NCBI GenBank assembly: GCA_951406725.2
Contig: OX597822.1
Location: 32,550,001 to 32,614,000 of the forward strand
From: Octopus vulgaris
Lineage: Eukaryota
Length of the DNA stretch: 64,000 nt
Direction of reading: 5' to 3'
Shown: positions 26,635 to 39,990 of the stretch, one piece after another
How positions within the stretch are numbered: the first letter of the stretch is position 1
How the letters are laid out: each line of letters opens with the position of its first letter
Translations under genes and position numbers: made by a program
Notes under the pieces: model-generated
Seen by the model: only the letters and a program-made list of their open reading frames with translations
Databases searched by the model: none
What the model was told of the DNA's origin: nothing

Positions 26635-27187
26635 TAATGTCAGGGTACTTTCGAGTGCTACTGGTAACATGTAACCCAGTACAACCTGTTGCATGGTCGG
26701 GTCGTCGGCGACTAAACCGGCAACCCCACCAAGTTCGCTTGGTGAGGAGGGTGATTATTGGTCACCCTGCGGCAGGAAAAACAAAACCTATCAAAAGGCG
26801 GAGGAACTCTTGAGAGTCAACGGCCATCCAATAAATGTCTTAAGGCTGTATTATGCGCGGGGACATGGAAATAATCGGACTGAATACCCGATCGCGCGGT
26901 TAAAACTTTAGGAGGGAAGGACTCCTAGCGTTTGTTAGCGCATCCTTCTAGGAGAAGGTAACTCAAATAACTGGGATAACTCCGACATAAAATCTGCGGC
27001 TCAGTGGTTACCGATGATGTTGACTTGTTCTTCTTTTCGGATTATGGCTGCTGTTGCTTAGTGAGTAGGATTGACTCAGTGCACAGCCTTTCCTCACATT
27101 AAAAAAAATCTTCTTGCACAGGCATTGCACGATAACAACATTAAGCTTCGTGCAATGGTCATACTCGATACCGAGGGGGTAGCCACC
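26635..27187 (+). mobile_element. Structured non-coding cassette inside (ATGT)n, possibly derived from an RTE 5' UTR
   Basis: Multiple hairpins; the CTAGGAGAAGGTAACTC motif recalls RTE 5' UTRs; ATGT repeats lie on both sides. Confidence 0.45.
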
Positions 27188-27262
27188 ATGTATGTATGTA
27201 TTTATGTATGCATGTATGTATGTATGTATGTATGTATGTATGTATGTATGTATGTATGTGTG

Positions 27263-27333
<71 letters not shown>

Positions 27334-27831
27334 GTATATAAGCAGCTGGATAGTGGTTCACCCACTACAGCTATTTCAGAACTGTTTTATATTTACTAAT
27401 AGAAGTAATACATTATGCTTTGAAAAAAGACCTTTTCATCACGCATGATGCACGAATTATATCGAAAATGTTTTTTACGCCTGATGTAATAACTCATCAC
27501 CAATAGAAAAAAGCATGTCTGAAACAGTTATAACGAATGAACAACAATCCATCTGTTGTTATTTGTTTATTATTCACCTTACCCGGATCCTGTAATTAGC
27601 GTGGATCTGGAATCGATTGAGTGCGGTACAATTCGTGTTTGTACATTGGTGCAGTCTTGAGACTCGTGGTATATTCAGCCGGACTCCAATTATTGTACAT
27701 GCAACTGTAATATAACTCCGGCTTTATGTCGATATGTACGTATATTTTCCTCTAATTGTGTTTTGTACAGTATAGCGATTTCATTTATCTGACTTTTATA
27801 CTATTTAAGGTTCTGATTCACTTGAAGCATG

Positions 27832-27894
<63 letters not shown>

Positions 27895-27898
<4 letters not shown>

Positions 27899-28031
27899 AA
27901 GAAGCAACAAGAATGGATTAGTTTTTAGTACAATTGTTTCATACAAAGACAGGCTTTATTAAAAGTTGCAATATTTGCAACTTTTAATAAAGCCTGTCTA
28001 AAAACTAATCCATTCTTGTTGCTTCTTTCTC
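27895..28031. repeat. Fold-back (long inverted repeat) next to (TA)n
   Basis: Outer arms GAGAAAGAAGCAACAAGAATGGATTAGTTTTTAG and its reverse complement. Inner hairpin AGACAGGCTTTATTAAAAGTTGCAA-TAT-TTGCAACTTTTAATAAAGCCTGTCT. A ~20-nt bulge sits in the left arm. Confidence 0.92.
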
Positions 28032-28181
28032 GTTTATAATCACCCCACATTACTATATGGTTAACACCATATAGTTTTCTGGTGCATCTAAGTTAAGTAC
28101 CGCATTCAAGTAAATTCATTAGAATTGACTTGAATCTTAATTGCTTTTATTATATATATATATATATATATATACATGATT

Positions 28182-29133
28182 CGGTTCTTGACTGATGATT
28201 GAGGGCTTCGAATGTCCCGTCCTTGTTTTTTTTGTGTCGTCTTCTAAATGTTTCACGTTCTTGTCCCAGTTTGTATATATTTTTTTAAATTTTACATATA
28301 TACATGGCGGCTACGTACCCACTTTTTGATCCTATACGTAAGTATATTACTCTCTAACATTGGTGCGACTCTACTACACTGTCTCTTCCCCCCCTCTCCT
28401 ACATTTCTCTGCCTTCACCCTTTGCACTCCCCTTGATCTGTTTCTTTCCCTCTCTTTCTTCTCCTCCCTTGTTCCCTTCTTTCTTTCTCTCTTCATCCGT
28501 CCCCCCTCTCCCACATGTCTCTGCCTCTCAGGGCTTACACCCCCCTTGACCTGTCTCTTTCCCTCTCTTTCTTCTCCTCCCTTGTTCCCCTTCTTTCTCT
28601 CTTCATCTGTCCCTTTCTCCTCTCTCTTGTGCTCACGTGACCAGCCAGCAACTACTGCCTTTTCGCATCCAGCAGTCATTGTGGCAACACGTATTTGTTT
28701 GTTCTCCTGTGGCCTTAAGGTACTCTTCCACAGCCAGCCCCAAACTTAACTCGTCCTGTCGAAAAGACGCTTGTCCTGACGTCCTGGTTTTGTTATTATT
28801 GTTTTTACGTATATTTTATTCTTATTCGTGCTATCATTATTGTTTTTATGTTTTTTGATATTTTTATCCGTGTAACATCGTCCGTATTCCGTCCCTGTGT
28901 TGTATACATTCGAGGCTTTCTTCCAAGGAATCTAATGTGCTTGGCTTAGATTTCCCTTGGGGTCTACCCAGATGGGAGCAATCTCAAGATTAATCAGCCG
29001 AAATTGCGAAGATGACCCGGTTCTTGACTGATGATTGAGGGCTTCGAATGTCCCGTCCGTGTTTTTTTGTGTCGTCTTCTAAATGTTTCACGTTCTTGTC
29101 CCAGTTTGTATATTTTTTTAACTTTTACATATA
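28182..29133 (+). mobile_element. Partial-tandem (pLTR/retrozyme-like) non-coding element with ~115-bp terminal direct repeats
   Basis: 28182-28300 is nearly identical to 29018-29133 (period ~836 bp); bounded by (TA)n; internal polypyrimidine duplication at 28429-28613. Confidence 0.7.
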
Positions 29134-29459
29134 TATATATGTATACCCGCCTAACACTCCTCATGCGATATGGTCAAATATATTTTAGGCTGGTCGTATG
29201 CAAACGTAAATATATATGTATGTATACGTTCGAATATATAAGTATTCAAATGTTGTATGTATATATTTGTATTTATGTGGTACGTATATTCCACGGATGA
29301 GGCAAGGCATTTCTTATGCAGATCCAGAGTTCCGGGATCTGGAATTATCCAGTAATTTCTTTGCTAGTGTATTTTGTCTTTTTGTCTTCTGGTATTGTAT
29401 GAACTTTTAATGTTGTTTAGAGTCGGGTTTTGGTTGCTATTTCAAGCGTGGTGGTAACT

Positions 29460-29528
<69 letters not shown>

Positions 29529-29739
29529 GTATATATATATATACTCATATATAGGAAACCTGTTTCGTTGTTCCCGACTTCCTGCCAATGTTTTTACTAG
29601 CTTATCAATGCTTTGACCGTAGAAAACGGTGGCTTTTGACTCACTGAGCCACGTTGCCATGTCAAAATGTTGTTGAACGAAACAACTGACAGACAGCTGG
29701 AGAGCGAAAATATCAATATGATAACTATGATAATCTGAA

Positions 29740-30350
29740 GGAATTATATCACGAGAATTTGGTGAGTACAGTAGAACTTACCAAGTTGTTGAATATCAGT
29801 TTCTGTCAAATTGGCGACTGAAGGAAGTGGGTGAGGATTTTTGCGTTGAACAACAGAAAGTGTCGCTGATCAGATCCTTTCGAGCTTAACGCCGAGTGAA
29901 TTTGACAGGCGATGGTATCATGAGAGCATCCCATCTGGTGGGCCAATTCACTAGTGGATTAGGGCATCGTGGCAGGGCTCGTTTAATTGTTCCTCTTTGA
30001 ACTGAACAGATCGGCCGGAATACGGAAAGACTGTAATGTCAAATTTTCCCATCTTAAAGCCATTTCTATGTTGTTCTTTCAGTAATAACATCTCTAGAGC
30101 AACAGAACCTTGATGCAAAGCGAAGAAGATTTTTCTATTTCTATTTATTTTAATTAATGTGGTTTGTACTGAGCACTCCATCGTCCTATGTTTGAAACTA
30201 GATAAAATTTATTCAAATTTCGAAAACCATAAACGAAAGTTCTGAAGGAAAAATTTGAACAACAAAAGAAAATATAAACACACTAGTGTAGAAATGTTGT
30301 TCGTGTTAGTTCAAGCAACATTGGAAAGAAACGGATGAATATGCATGACA
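29740..30350 (-). mobile_element. Mariner remnant (N-terminal HTH region)
   Basis: ORF 29951..30181 MECSV...FFALHQGS...FKMGKFDITVFPYSGRSVQFKEEQL resembles the mariner N-terminus F..G.FD....RSGRP. Confidence 0.6.
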
Positions 30351-30858
30351 AAGGAACACATCTACATAAATATGATTTAGTGCACTAAATTACTACTTCT
30401 TGTCTGTATGTCATCTCTAAAGTATAATGTTTATCATCGTCTCATCATTATCACGACCAACAACAAATTTATTGCCATCCTTTTTATCATTATTGTTATT
30501 GTTCGAAATGGTCATTTTTTTTACCAAATAACCACACGTACTATATATTACATCGTCACCCTTTTATTACTGTACTTATTATAACACTTGTCCGGTTACA
30601 TGTCTCCTCCATGTTGATGTAATCGGTTTTTGGCGTTCCCATTTTTTAGAGCTGCAATATTAAACAATTCATCTGAATGTGTCCAAGGGGGAAAGTGAAG
30701 GCACTTTTAAATTGTTCACTGAGTTATCTTTCCTGGATCCACAGCCAGTGATTCATTCCCTTGTAACAACGATCCTATTTTATATTGTATTTTGGCTGTT
30801 TCCTTTACAAACTTATAAAAAGCTTTAGGATTTGTTTTTATGCTTTCCACTGCTCTCG

Positions 30859-30916
<58 letters not shown>

Positions 30917-31511
30917 TCTGTTCTTTCCGTTTCACTGTGATATTATCTGGTGCTTGGGAGTTGCTGTACCGGAGTTGCCATAATTCCAGAGGGTTTGGAA
31001 GTTCTTGCATAAGTTTCCTTAAACCACTTTTTCGAAATCTGTTAATTTATCTTATATTCTCCATGTTTTATTGCTATGTATAACAGCTGGCAAAACTATT
31101 CCATCATATAACCGAGCATTCAGGTCGGGACTCTTTGGCCGTATTTACTGCGTACGAAAATTATTCGATGGTCTGACTATCATACACCATACATACTATT
31201 GAGGCGTAAATGTGGGTCTACAAAACAATGGTTTCCTCTTTCGTTACACTCTAATAGGTCCCACATTTGCATGTCACATCACTAGCAATATCAGTACATA
31301 CTTTATATGTCAAATTTTCTGAAAGTTATGTGGTTACTACGATGCAAGAGCACGCCCAAATTGGCAATATGATGGGATTTGAGACATTTAATACTGAACA
31401 GTGTTTATTGTAATGAAGTATTGTGAACAAGATGCAAAGGCTGGTCAAAATCATATCTAAATTCATTTTTCAATGTAAAATATTTGTTCACCATCAAAGG
31501 AGAACATTTCA

Positions 31512-31607
31512 ATATAGAATATATATATATATATATGTGTGTGTGTATGTGTGTGTATGTATGTATGTATATATATGTATGTGTATATATATATATATCC
31601 ATATATT

Positions 31608-31655
<48 letters not shown>

Positions 31656-31697
31656 TATATACATATATATATATCCATATATATATATGCGTATATG

Positions 31698-31792
<95 letters not shown>

Positions 31793-31797
31793 ATGTA

Positions 31798-31832
<35 letters not shown>
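31512..31832. repeat. Compound (TA)/(TG) microsatellite
   Basis: Direct reading; source of several spurious YI-rich ORFs. Confidence 0.95.
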
Positions 31833-31834
<2 letters not shown>

Positions 31835-32636
31835 CTTCAAAACTTCGAGGCAAAATTCCGAATTTTGTCATTGTTAAAAATAAAGATACATTTATGTTGA
31901 GGAGAACAATTGATGTCTACATTTTCAGACAGTATGTTAGTATAATAAATCCACCGTAAAAGTTAGGACTTGGCGCAAATGTAGAAAGAGTATCCAATAA
32001 TATATAACATTGAGTTCTTTTGAAGCGAAGTACAATATGTTCTGTTTTCCATTTAATGCTATTCTACGGAAGACAAAAAGAAATGGAACAATGGGACTCT
32101 ATAAAATACAATATTAGTGCGACGCTGACATTCTGTGAATGAAACTGGTTCTTTGAAACATAGTGTGTGCAGTCAAGAGATTGAAAATAAACCTTTTGAA
32201 GTTAATTATATTGAAGAATCCAAAATACCAGTTTAGTTGAACAGTTTTTTTCTTTCTCCTTTATACGTCATGGAAGAGGGGAGAAAATAAAAAAGTGTTC
32301 GTAGTTTTGTTCATTCTTAGGTGTCATTCATCCATGCATTACTTTTATTGTGTGGCAATATCTGGAAACAAACATGTGGATTAATATTTATGTTCTAAGA
32401 CTTTTAATAACATCGAGGCCGATGTTATATATATTTGTACATCAAAGGCTTCCTTTCGTTTATGTATTAGGTAAACATATAGTACTGCCGGTACATGAAA
32501 CGAAAATATATATATTCGTGGCCAAAATATTAATGTAAAAGGATTAATATTAAAATGACTAATCTGCGAAGTGAAATGCATGGACAAGAGAATTCTCACA
32601 CCGCCTCTTTCTCTGTCTGTCCTTCCGTCTCTTTCT

Positions 32637-32716
<80 letters not shown>

Positions 32717-32739
32717 CCTATCCATTCTTGTTGCTTCAT

Positions 32740-32813
<74 letters not shown>

Positions 32814-33019
32814 AGTGTGTGTGTACATGTGTATGCATATATACATATTGTATACACACACACATATCACACTTGTGTGTGCGTCTCTGTGTGTCTCTAT
32901 CCTCTGTTGTCATCAACGACTTTTTGCCGTTTCCGAGTAATTCTTTTCTTCACTTTTCTCAATTGTTTTATTGGTATATCTTATAAATGAGAAGACAGAT
33001 TTGTTTCAAGCAATACACA

Positions 33020-33350
33020 CCCGCACTAGTTACCATTCATCGAGTTAAACGGCCATGGTTGGAATAAATGTATTATTATTTCCTGTTGTTTCCCCTTCTT
33101 CAGTTCTGAAAATGTCTTTCATTAAACATTTCTACCGACTATGAAATAACTTGAAACGAATGTCTTGGATCCGCTGTTGTGGACTTCATTCTGTTTCATT
33201 TGCCACCTGTATCCATATGGAACCAATCAGCAAGATTTTTCGTCGTTGCTAGCGAGGAAGCGTTATGCTATTCACACAGCTAACATGCCCCACCACCATT
33301 CCCATTAACTGATCCCATTTTTCAGGAAGGCTTGAGATTTTCCAAAGAAA
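33020..33350 (-). mobile_element. Highly decayed mariner remnant
   Basis: Weak traces of WVPH- and RIVT.DEK-like segments across frameshifts on the minus strand. Confidence 0.35.
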
Positions 33351-33585
33351 TACATCGTTAGTGACATAACCATAAGGCTTGAGATTTTCCAATGAATACA
33401 TCGTTAGTGACATAGCCCTTACACATAATATAGACGATTGCCTGCTTGAAATTCTGTCTACTGACAGTTTTATTTACAAAATAACCACACACACACACGT
33501 TTTTCCCGCGAGCATATACACCTGCATACACACGAGCACAAACATATACGCACGTACACACATACACATACATAAATACATATAC

Positions 33586-33626
<41 letters not shown>

Positions 33627-33989
33627 ATTCTTGACAGGAAATACTTGAGTTGAAACAAATGTCGCTCTCCATTTCGGAGATCAATTTGCCAGAAAAAATC
33701 CATGCACTGGTTCTATTTCCTTTATCTTAATTAATGTTAATCAAGTAACTAACTAGACTGAAACTAAGTAATCGGAAAGTTCACTAATCTTTTAATTAAT
33801 CAATCAAACAATAAATTGGTTTGTCAGTCTATTGACCCCCTCAGTTTTATGCTCTCGTTGCCTCAGGTTTCTCATGATATGTCCGAACTCCATATTAGTA
33901 TTTCCAATTTTGGTACATCCTGGTAGATCACATGGTTGTCCGGCCGAAACCAATCTATATGTAGATGGAAACTTTTGACAGATAGTTTG

Positions 33990-34740
33990 CGTATGCCCAA
34001 GGGATTGCAGTACAGATATTGATGGAGTATGCATCAAATAATTCTGACGAAACGTGGATACTTTTCAGTTTTCTAGGTGTATATGATTGATGGGAGTATC
34101 GAACAAGCGCCAAATACAGATGGACTAGAATTAGATGTAACAATGTCATTCAAGATACAAACGGATGACAAAATAAAAAAACAAATAGCTTCATTATAGA
34201 TATCAAGGCAAGTGTATAAGGACATCCGTTGACCAGGAAAACATACACCGATTAACTATACTTGCTAGATAATGACTCTGACTCAATCAAACAAAGAGAA
34301 TTTTCTATTGAAAAGTAAGATTCCGATTCAATTAGACGAAAGTACAGAATCTAAAACACTTTTACAACTGCATATAATGAGAAAGTTTCCACTTATTCAA
34401 CATTTTAAACCAAATTGCTATTTCGGGATTAACTTCTCGTGGAATTAAATCTGCTTCACTCGGATGGATCATGTGTGACCTTATTTACGAATGTCACTCA
34501 ACGTATTTTCAGCGCTTTCACAATTCACTATGAATACTACTTAAGTTGTCACTAGCAGCAGAAAATGAATTCTCGTACCAATATCATAAGTAGATTTGGT
34601 CCCATCTCACCATTATCTCCTGATTTGCAACGACTATTTATAAATCTCAAGCTCGCAGTCATTTGATTGCTTAATGTACATTTGACAAAATTTGAAAGTC
34701 GTCACACTCAACTGTGCATGGATTTAAGTAAAATTGACAA
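33990..34740 (+). mobile_element. Decayed hAT (Charlie/Buster-like) transposase fragment
   Basis: IQLDESTE at ~34326-34350 resembles the hAT LQLDESTD motif; many stops. Confidence 0.4.
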
Positions 34741-34769
34741 TATTAGAAACGTATACAAAACTAATTAAT

Positions 34770-35380
34770 ACTCCTTTCTACTATAGGCACAAGGCCTGAA
34801 ATTTGTGGGGAGAGGACTAGTCGATTACATCGACCCCGGTGTCTCATTGATACTTACTTTATTGATCCCGAAAGGATTAAAGGTGAAGTCGACCGCGGCA
34901 GAATTTGAGCTCAGAACATAAAGACGGACGAAATACCGTTAAGCCTTTTGCACATAAGTAATTAATATTTTAATGCAAATATGCTATGACAATTGTTATA
35001 TAATACCACCTGTGTCACATAGTGAAATGAGAATATAATGGTAAACTAGTGTCTATAAACATAATAGTATACGCAGATATTATTGTTATAGAAACTGTAT
35101 ATCACATTATGAAATATTCAAGACAATGCTTTAAAATGCCTATTTAGTACTGTTATTACTTATATTTTTATTGCCAACAGGGTTGCTAAACAAAGAGAGG
35201 ACAAACAAGAACACATAAGAGATTAAGTTGATTGCTTCGTAACTGATACTTAATTTATCGACCCCGAAAGGATGAAAGGCAAAGTCGACTCGGCGGAATT
35301 TGAACTCAGAACGTAGCGGCAGAGGAAATATCGCTAAGGATTTCGCCCGGCACGCCAACGTTTCTGGCAGCTCGCCGCCT
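34770..35380 (-). mobile_element. Two SINE family A copies (34770-34950, 35160-35380)
   Basis: Reverse-complement matches to the central block, tails and head. Confidence 0.8.
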
Positions 35381-37899
35381 TTTAGCATTTTTGCATTGCA
35401 TACAGAAAGCTCTATAATAATGGGAAATGGAAAACTCTTACATGACTTTTTACTATCAGTACAGTACCTGAAATTTGTGTATGAAGTGTGCTAGTCGATA
35501 ACTTCAACCAAATCACTTCACTGATACTTACTTTCTTCACTCCGGGAAGGTAAAATGCAAAGTTGGCCACGGTGACATACGTAAAAGATCGGTATAAATA
35601 CTCCGAGACATTTATGTCCAGCTCGGTAAAGTTTCTGCCTTCTTGCTGCCATAAAAAATCTTTATATGATACAACCTGTTTTATTCTGTAGAATATAAGT
35701 ACAATCTTTTATTGCGAGTGGTGCGATATAATGAAATATCAGCTGTTATTAAAAAATTATCCTACACAATATAACTTAATACAAATATAGTTGTATATTT
35801 TAAAATAAACATTTTTATCAGGATATAATACAAATAATGCTTTAGCCTATTGCCCATTGAGGGACATGGTCAACATAATATTAGCATGCTGTGATCACAC
35901 TATTATTTTCTTGTTTGTTTGCATAAATTATCTGGTATCATTTGTGAATTGGTAATTACATTCCTTAACATAATATGAATCGATATAAACTTTCTCGGTT
36001 ATATTCATTGAGATCAGGCATATAAAAGAAATATTTGTGACCGTACGTGTTTCTGTGAGCTTAAGTATGTATGGATGTATGTAACACACTCTCACTTAAT
36101 AAAATCTAATTAAAAACAAGAACTTCACACGTGTATGTGTGTTTTAGCGTATACATGTGTGAGTGTGTGTTTGCATGTGTGTGTACGCGCGAGTGTTTGT
36201 AGTATGTAAGTATATTTGTAATAGCTGATAGGTGGTTATTTTAATAAATCCCGTTTGAGTTGATATGAATATTCATATGTATACTCATTCTTTGTTAGAC
36301 AATCCACGTTAAGGGCTTTCTTCAATGTTATCGGAACCGACATATGAAAAATATTTGCATAAGGTATGGATGTATATTGTTTGTAATATGACGAAAAGTC
36401 TTAAACAAATAAGGGATTAAACATACAACGCTTAGTGACCCAAACGACTTAATTGTTGATAAAGAATGACGGTCATATTAGTAAGATGTTGAAAGTTTCG
36501 TATTTGACACCGTACTGAAGAAATTCACTAGAAAAATATACAAAACTATAAATGGAAATGGATACATCTATATTTCATTACTTAATGGATGTCTAAAGTA
36601 TTACGGTATCACTTGTAGCATATTTAGTGTATTGTAAATATTAGTGTAAATATTTGAAAGAGATTTGTTGGTTGGAGAAATAACAATATTGCAAGCGCCA
36701 AATGTTTAAGTATCAATAACTTTTCAATGCGATTCAGCTACCTTAATTTCCTGTAGGTGTTTCTCATTTAACATCAAGTTTCCAGTGAAATACACATAGT
36801 ACATTGTGATGAAATATTTCTAAGAAAATATTTGAAACATTACGTTTACTATAAGTGCCATATTTCCTTAAAACTACATCAAGCCAAATATCGGTGTGTG
36901 ATTTTAGAAATATTTTGCCATAAGCACAATAGATTGAAATTGAGGAATAAATGGAAGAATAAATTTGCACAAGGTAAACTACATCTTCAAACCTACTTGA
37001 CAAATAGAAAGCGATAAATATCTTTTCTTGTTTGAAAGCGAATTCATTGATATCCCTTGGTCACGAATAGGAAAAGTTGGCAATTTGCTAAAGCTATTTG
37101 ATAGTAAATCATTCATCATTGGGTTCGCCATAAAGAAATTGATATATTTATAATAAACTACAAAACTACTACTGCATATCATTTTACGGTCTTTTCTTAT
37201 TGAATTTTTATTGAACAAATAAATAATTTAAGACAGAACATTAGGATATATTTTCTCGGATCAGCATATCAAACAGCAAATGATTTATCGACCATTACGT
37301 ACAAATATTATCGAATGGAGAAGAGGGAAGCTGACAGCACACCTGTGTCTGTAGAATATAAAGAACACTAAATTGCCGATAAAAACTTAGACATTTTACA
37401 GTATTTATAGTGAATTATTCAGCAAAAGTATTCACTGAAAGGAAATTATCGGCAAAATTAAACCTCAGTATATTACTGGTCTCCAATGATAATTGTGCAT
37501 GAGATTTATATCGATGCATTCAATTCTTTTCTATTCAATTTACAAGAATTTAGAAAAGAATTTCAGCATTTATGTCATAGTGAATACTACGCGTGAATTT
37601 TATTTCAACCAGCCTTCGGTGTGGACTACAGTCAAGAAATGCATCACGACACATTTAATATTATAGGATTATTTAGTGAAATTAGCTGTAGGCAAATATT
37701 ACGTTAAGTCACATTGACGTAACAGTGACATCAAAGCACGTCGCACACTATATTTTCCGGTTCTTCAAAATGGAAAGTAAAATTATCTCTTTTCTAACAT
37801 GACTAGACTCCTGTGTATTTGTCATTATCCCGATCCATCAGCTTTAACTGGCGTGAAAATGAACAACGTTTTAATCTCCTATACTAATTCTTTGTGTAT

Positions 37900-39990
37900 A
37901 GTCTACTTTCACTTTCTAAGAAACACTGTTTGCTCTGAAACGTGATGTCTACACATATGTTAATTCAACTCTCCTGCCACACACATTCTGATCTCTTAGA
38001 TGTTAGCAACAAAGACTTCAAGTTGCTTGGATAAAAGTCATCCTCCTCTATTCTATGAAATATATCAGTTTCTTCCTCCTGTCACCGAATTGTTTTGGAT
38101 GATATTTCATCCTGCATAGACATCTCTCTCACTTTCCTTGTTGACTTCAAAGCTTTCAGTCTTCCCCCATCATCGCCACTACTATTCACAGATAACTATA
38201 CGAAGTAACTCTCCTTGTCTGTCACACCCAATTTCAAGTGAGCTTACGAGATAGAATTCTGTCAGGTTTATGATAAGTCTACCATGTAGAACTTGTGCGA
38301 TCCACCACTAACCAATGAGGAAAAAAAGCCAGGTAGGGGCAAGTGAAAGCATCCTCCTATACAAGTCACTTTGTATCTCCTTATAATAAAATCATTCAGC
38401 CCTGCAACACTCAGCTGCTACACGCATAGCTGCACTGCAGGAGAATAGACAAAATGTACAATCTAAAGCACCTACCAGAATTATTCTAAACAACCAAAGT
38501 AATTAGAAAACCAGTACTGCTATTCCTGTAGATATGTTATCCGAACCCAAAAGGATGTTTATATGCAAAATACAACCCGTAGGGTCTCCAGATTACTAAA
38601 CGGTAGTCAATTATATTTTATCTTTGTTGAAAGTATCTCTAGCAGACACGAAGAAGACTTTTTTCTTCCAAACAAAGTTAGATATGTAAATTTCTTCCCC
38701 GCTGCGAAACCGTCCATGTTCCTTTCCCACTTCAAAGCCTATTCCTCATTACACACATTAGATGAAAGTCCTCAAAAATTACGCCTTTCCTCTAAGCCTA
38801 ACAAAGCTGTACTGTAAAGGTAAAAAAAAATCCCGTTTCTTCAAATCAATGAGACCACCAAATTTGACAATATTTTTCCAGTTGGTTTCAAGTCATGTGT
38901 CCCAGAGTGAGCGTCTACACTCACAATATTTCAATAGCGCAGTTTCTATAGAAGTGTATTCTGAGCATTGGAAACCTTATGAAGTCTGGGCCAAATTCCA
39001 GATGGAAAAATTGTCTAGTTGTATCAAATGTTATTCTAGTCCACTCATTTTCAACATCGAAACTTTTGTCGGGGAAGCCACTTCATGACAACGTGAATCC
39101 GTTTTCCTTCTTAGTAACCAACCGTACACAATCCGTGAAACACTACCAACAGAAACTTATTCTTGTTTGTCATTTATCAGAACTTTAGATGCGAATGGAT
39201 CATTAAAAACAATAATATTGTAGTGGACAGCAGCGATTTATTCAACTTGTGTAAAGCAAATGAATCTGCAGAGAAACTTCATGCGGATAGTTTACATCGT
39301 TCTGTTGTTTAATGCATCGATAGCTTTATGTTAAATAATTATGTCACCACATATGCAGGTCAATCTTTCTCTCTTCCTCTCTGTCCGCCTGTCTGTCTCT
39401 CTCATCTACCTTCTATGATCTCTGGTTTGATTCAGGTATGGTCTTTGTACCATTCACATTTTTACAGCATTTCAACAAGCGTCATTGTCACATCTCAAAC
39501 GATATCTGCCTTGAATTCGTTAGCAGAGGTCTAAGAAGCAAACAGAATGAAACAGACACAGTCACTGCCCCTTATCATGAAATAGTGTGGTTTCCCATCC
39601 GACTCTAAACTTCAAATACAAACAACCTGAAACCTGATAGCTACATGAAAGTTTACTTCTGACCACCACTAATCATTGTAAAAATATATTTTCAAAGAGT
39701 GCCTTTCTCCTTCAGAAGAACCATTCATTCACACATTCGGGCATCTTAGACTGCATTCAAAGAAGTGTGGCTCAACTGATTGCTGCATACTCGTTTAATA
39801 ACTCACTCTAACACTTGGGCCCTGGCTATGTTGCCTCCTCACTCTAACTCTTCTACCGCTACTAGGGTAACATTTACTGATTTCATGCTAACTCCCGTTC
39901 AGACATTCCGACTCTATCATTTCTACTTCTATAATCAGACGTGTTGTATTCTCCAGGCGCATGAAAGCAACTTTGCTTACTTATTTACGG
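37900..39990 (+). mobile_element. Ancient LINE (CR1/Jockey-like) remnant
   Basis: C-rich coding-like composition with scattered residual motifs such as LHSQYFNSAVSIEVYSEHWK (cf. L..LF....G..P..WK). No intact frame. Confidence 0.35.

Noticed and set aside
28190-28225. CTGATGA...GAA as a hammerhead core in the direct repeats (also 29028)
   Set aside because: Stem II does not close and GAAA is GAAT; no stems I or III.
31423-32990. YI/CV-rich ORFs of 100-180 aa
   Set aside because: They are dinucleotide microsatellite translations.
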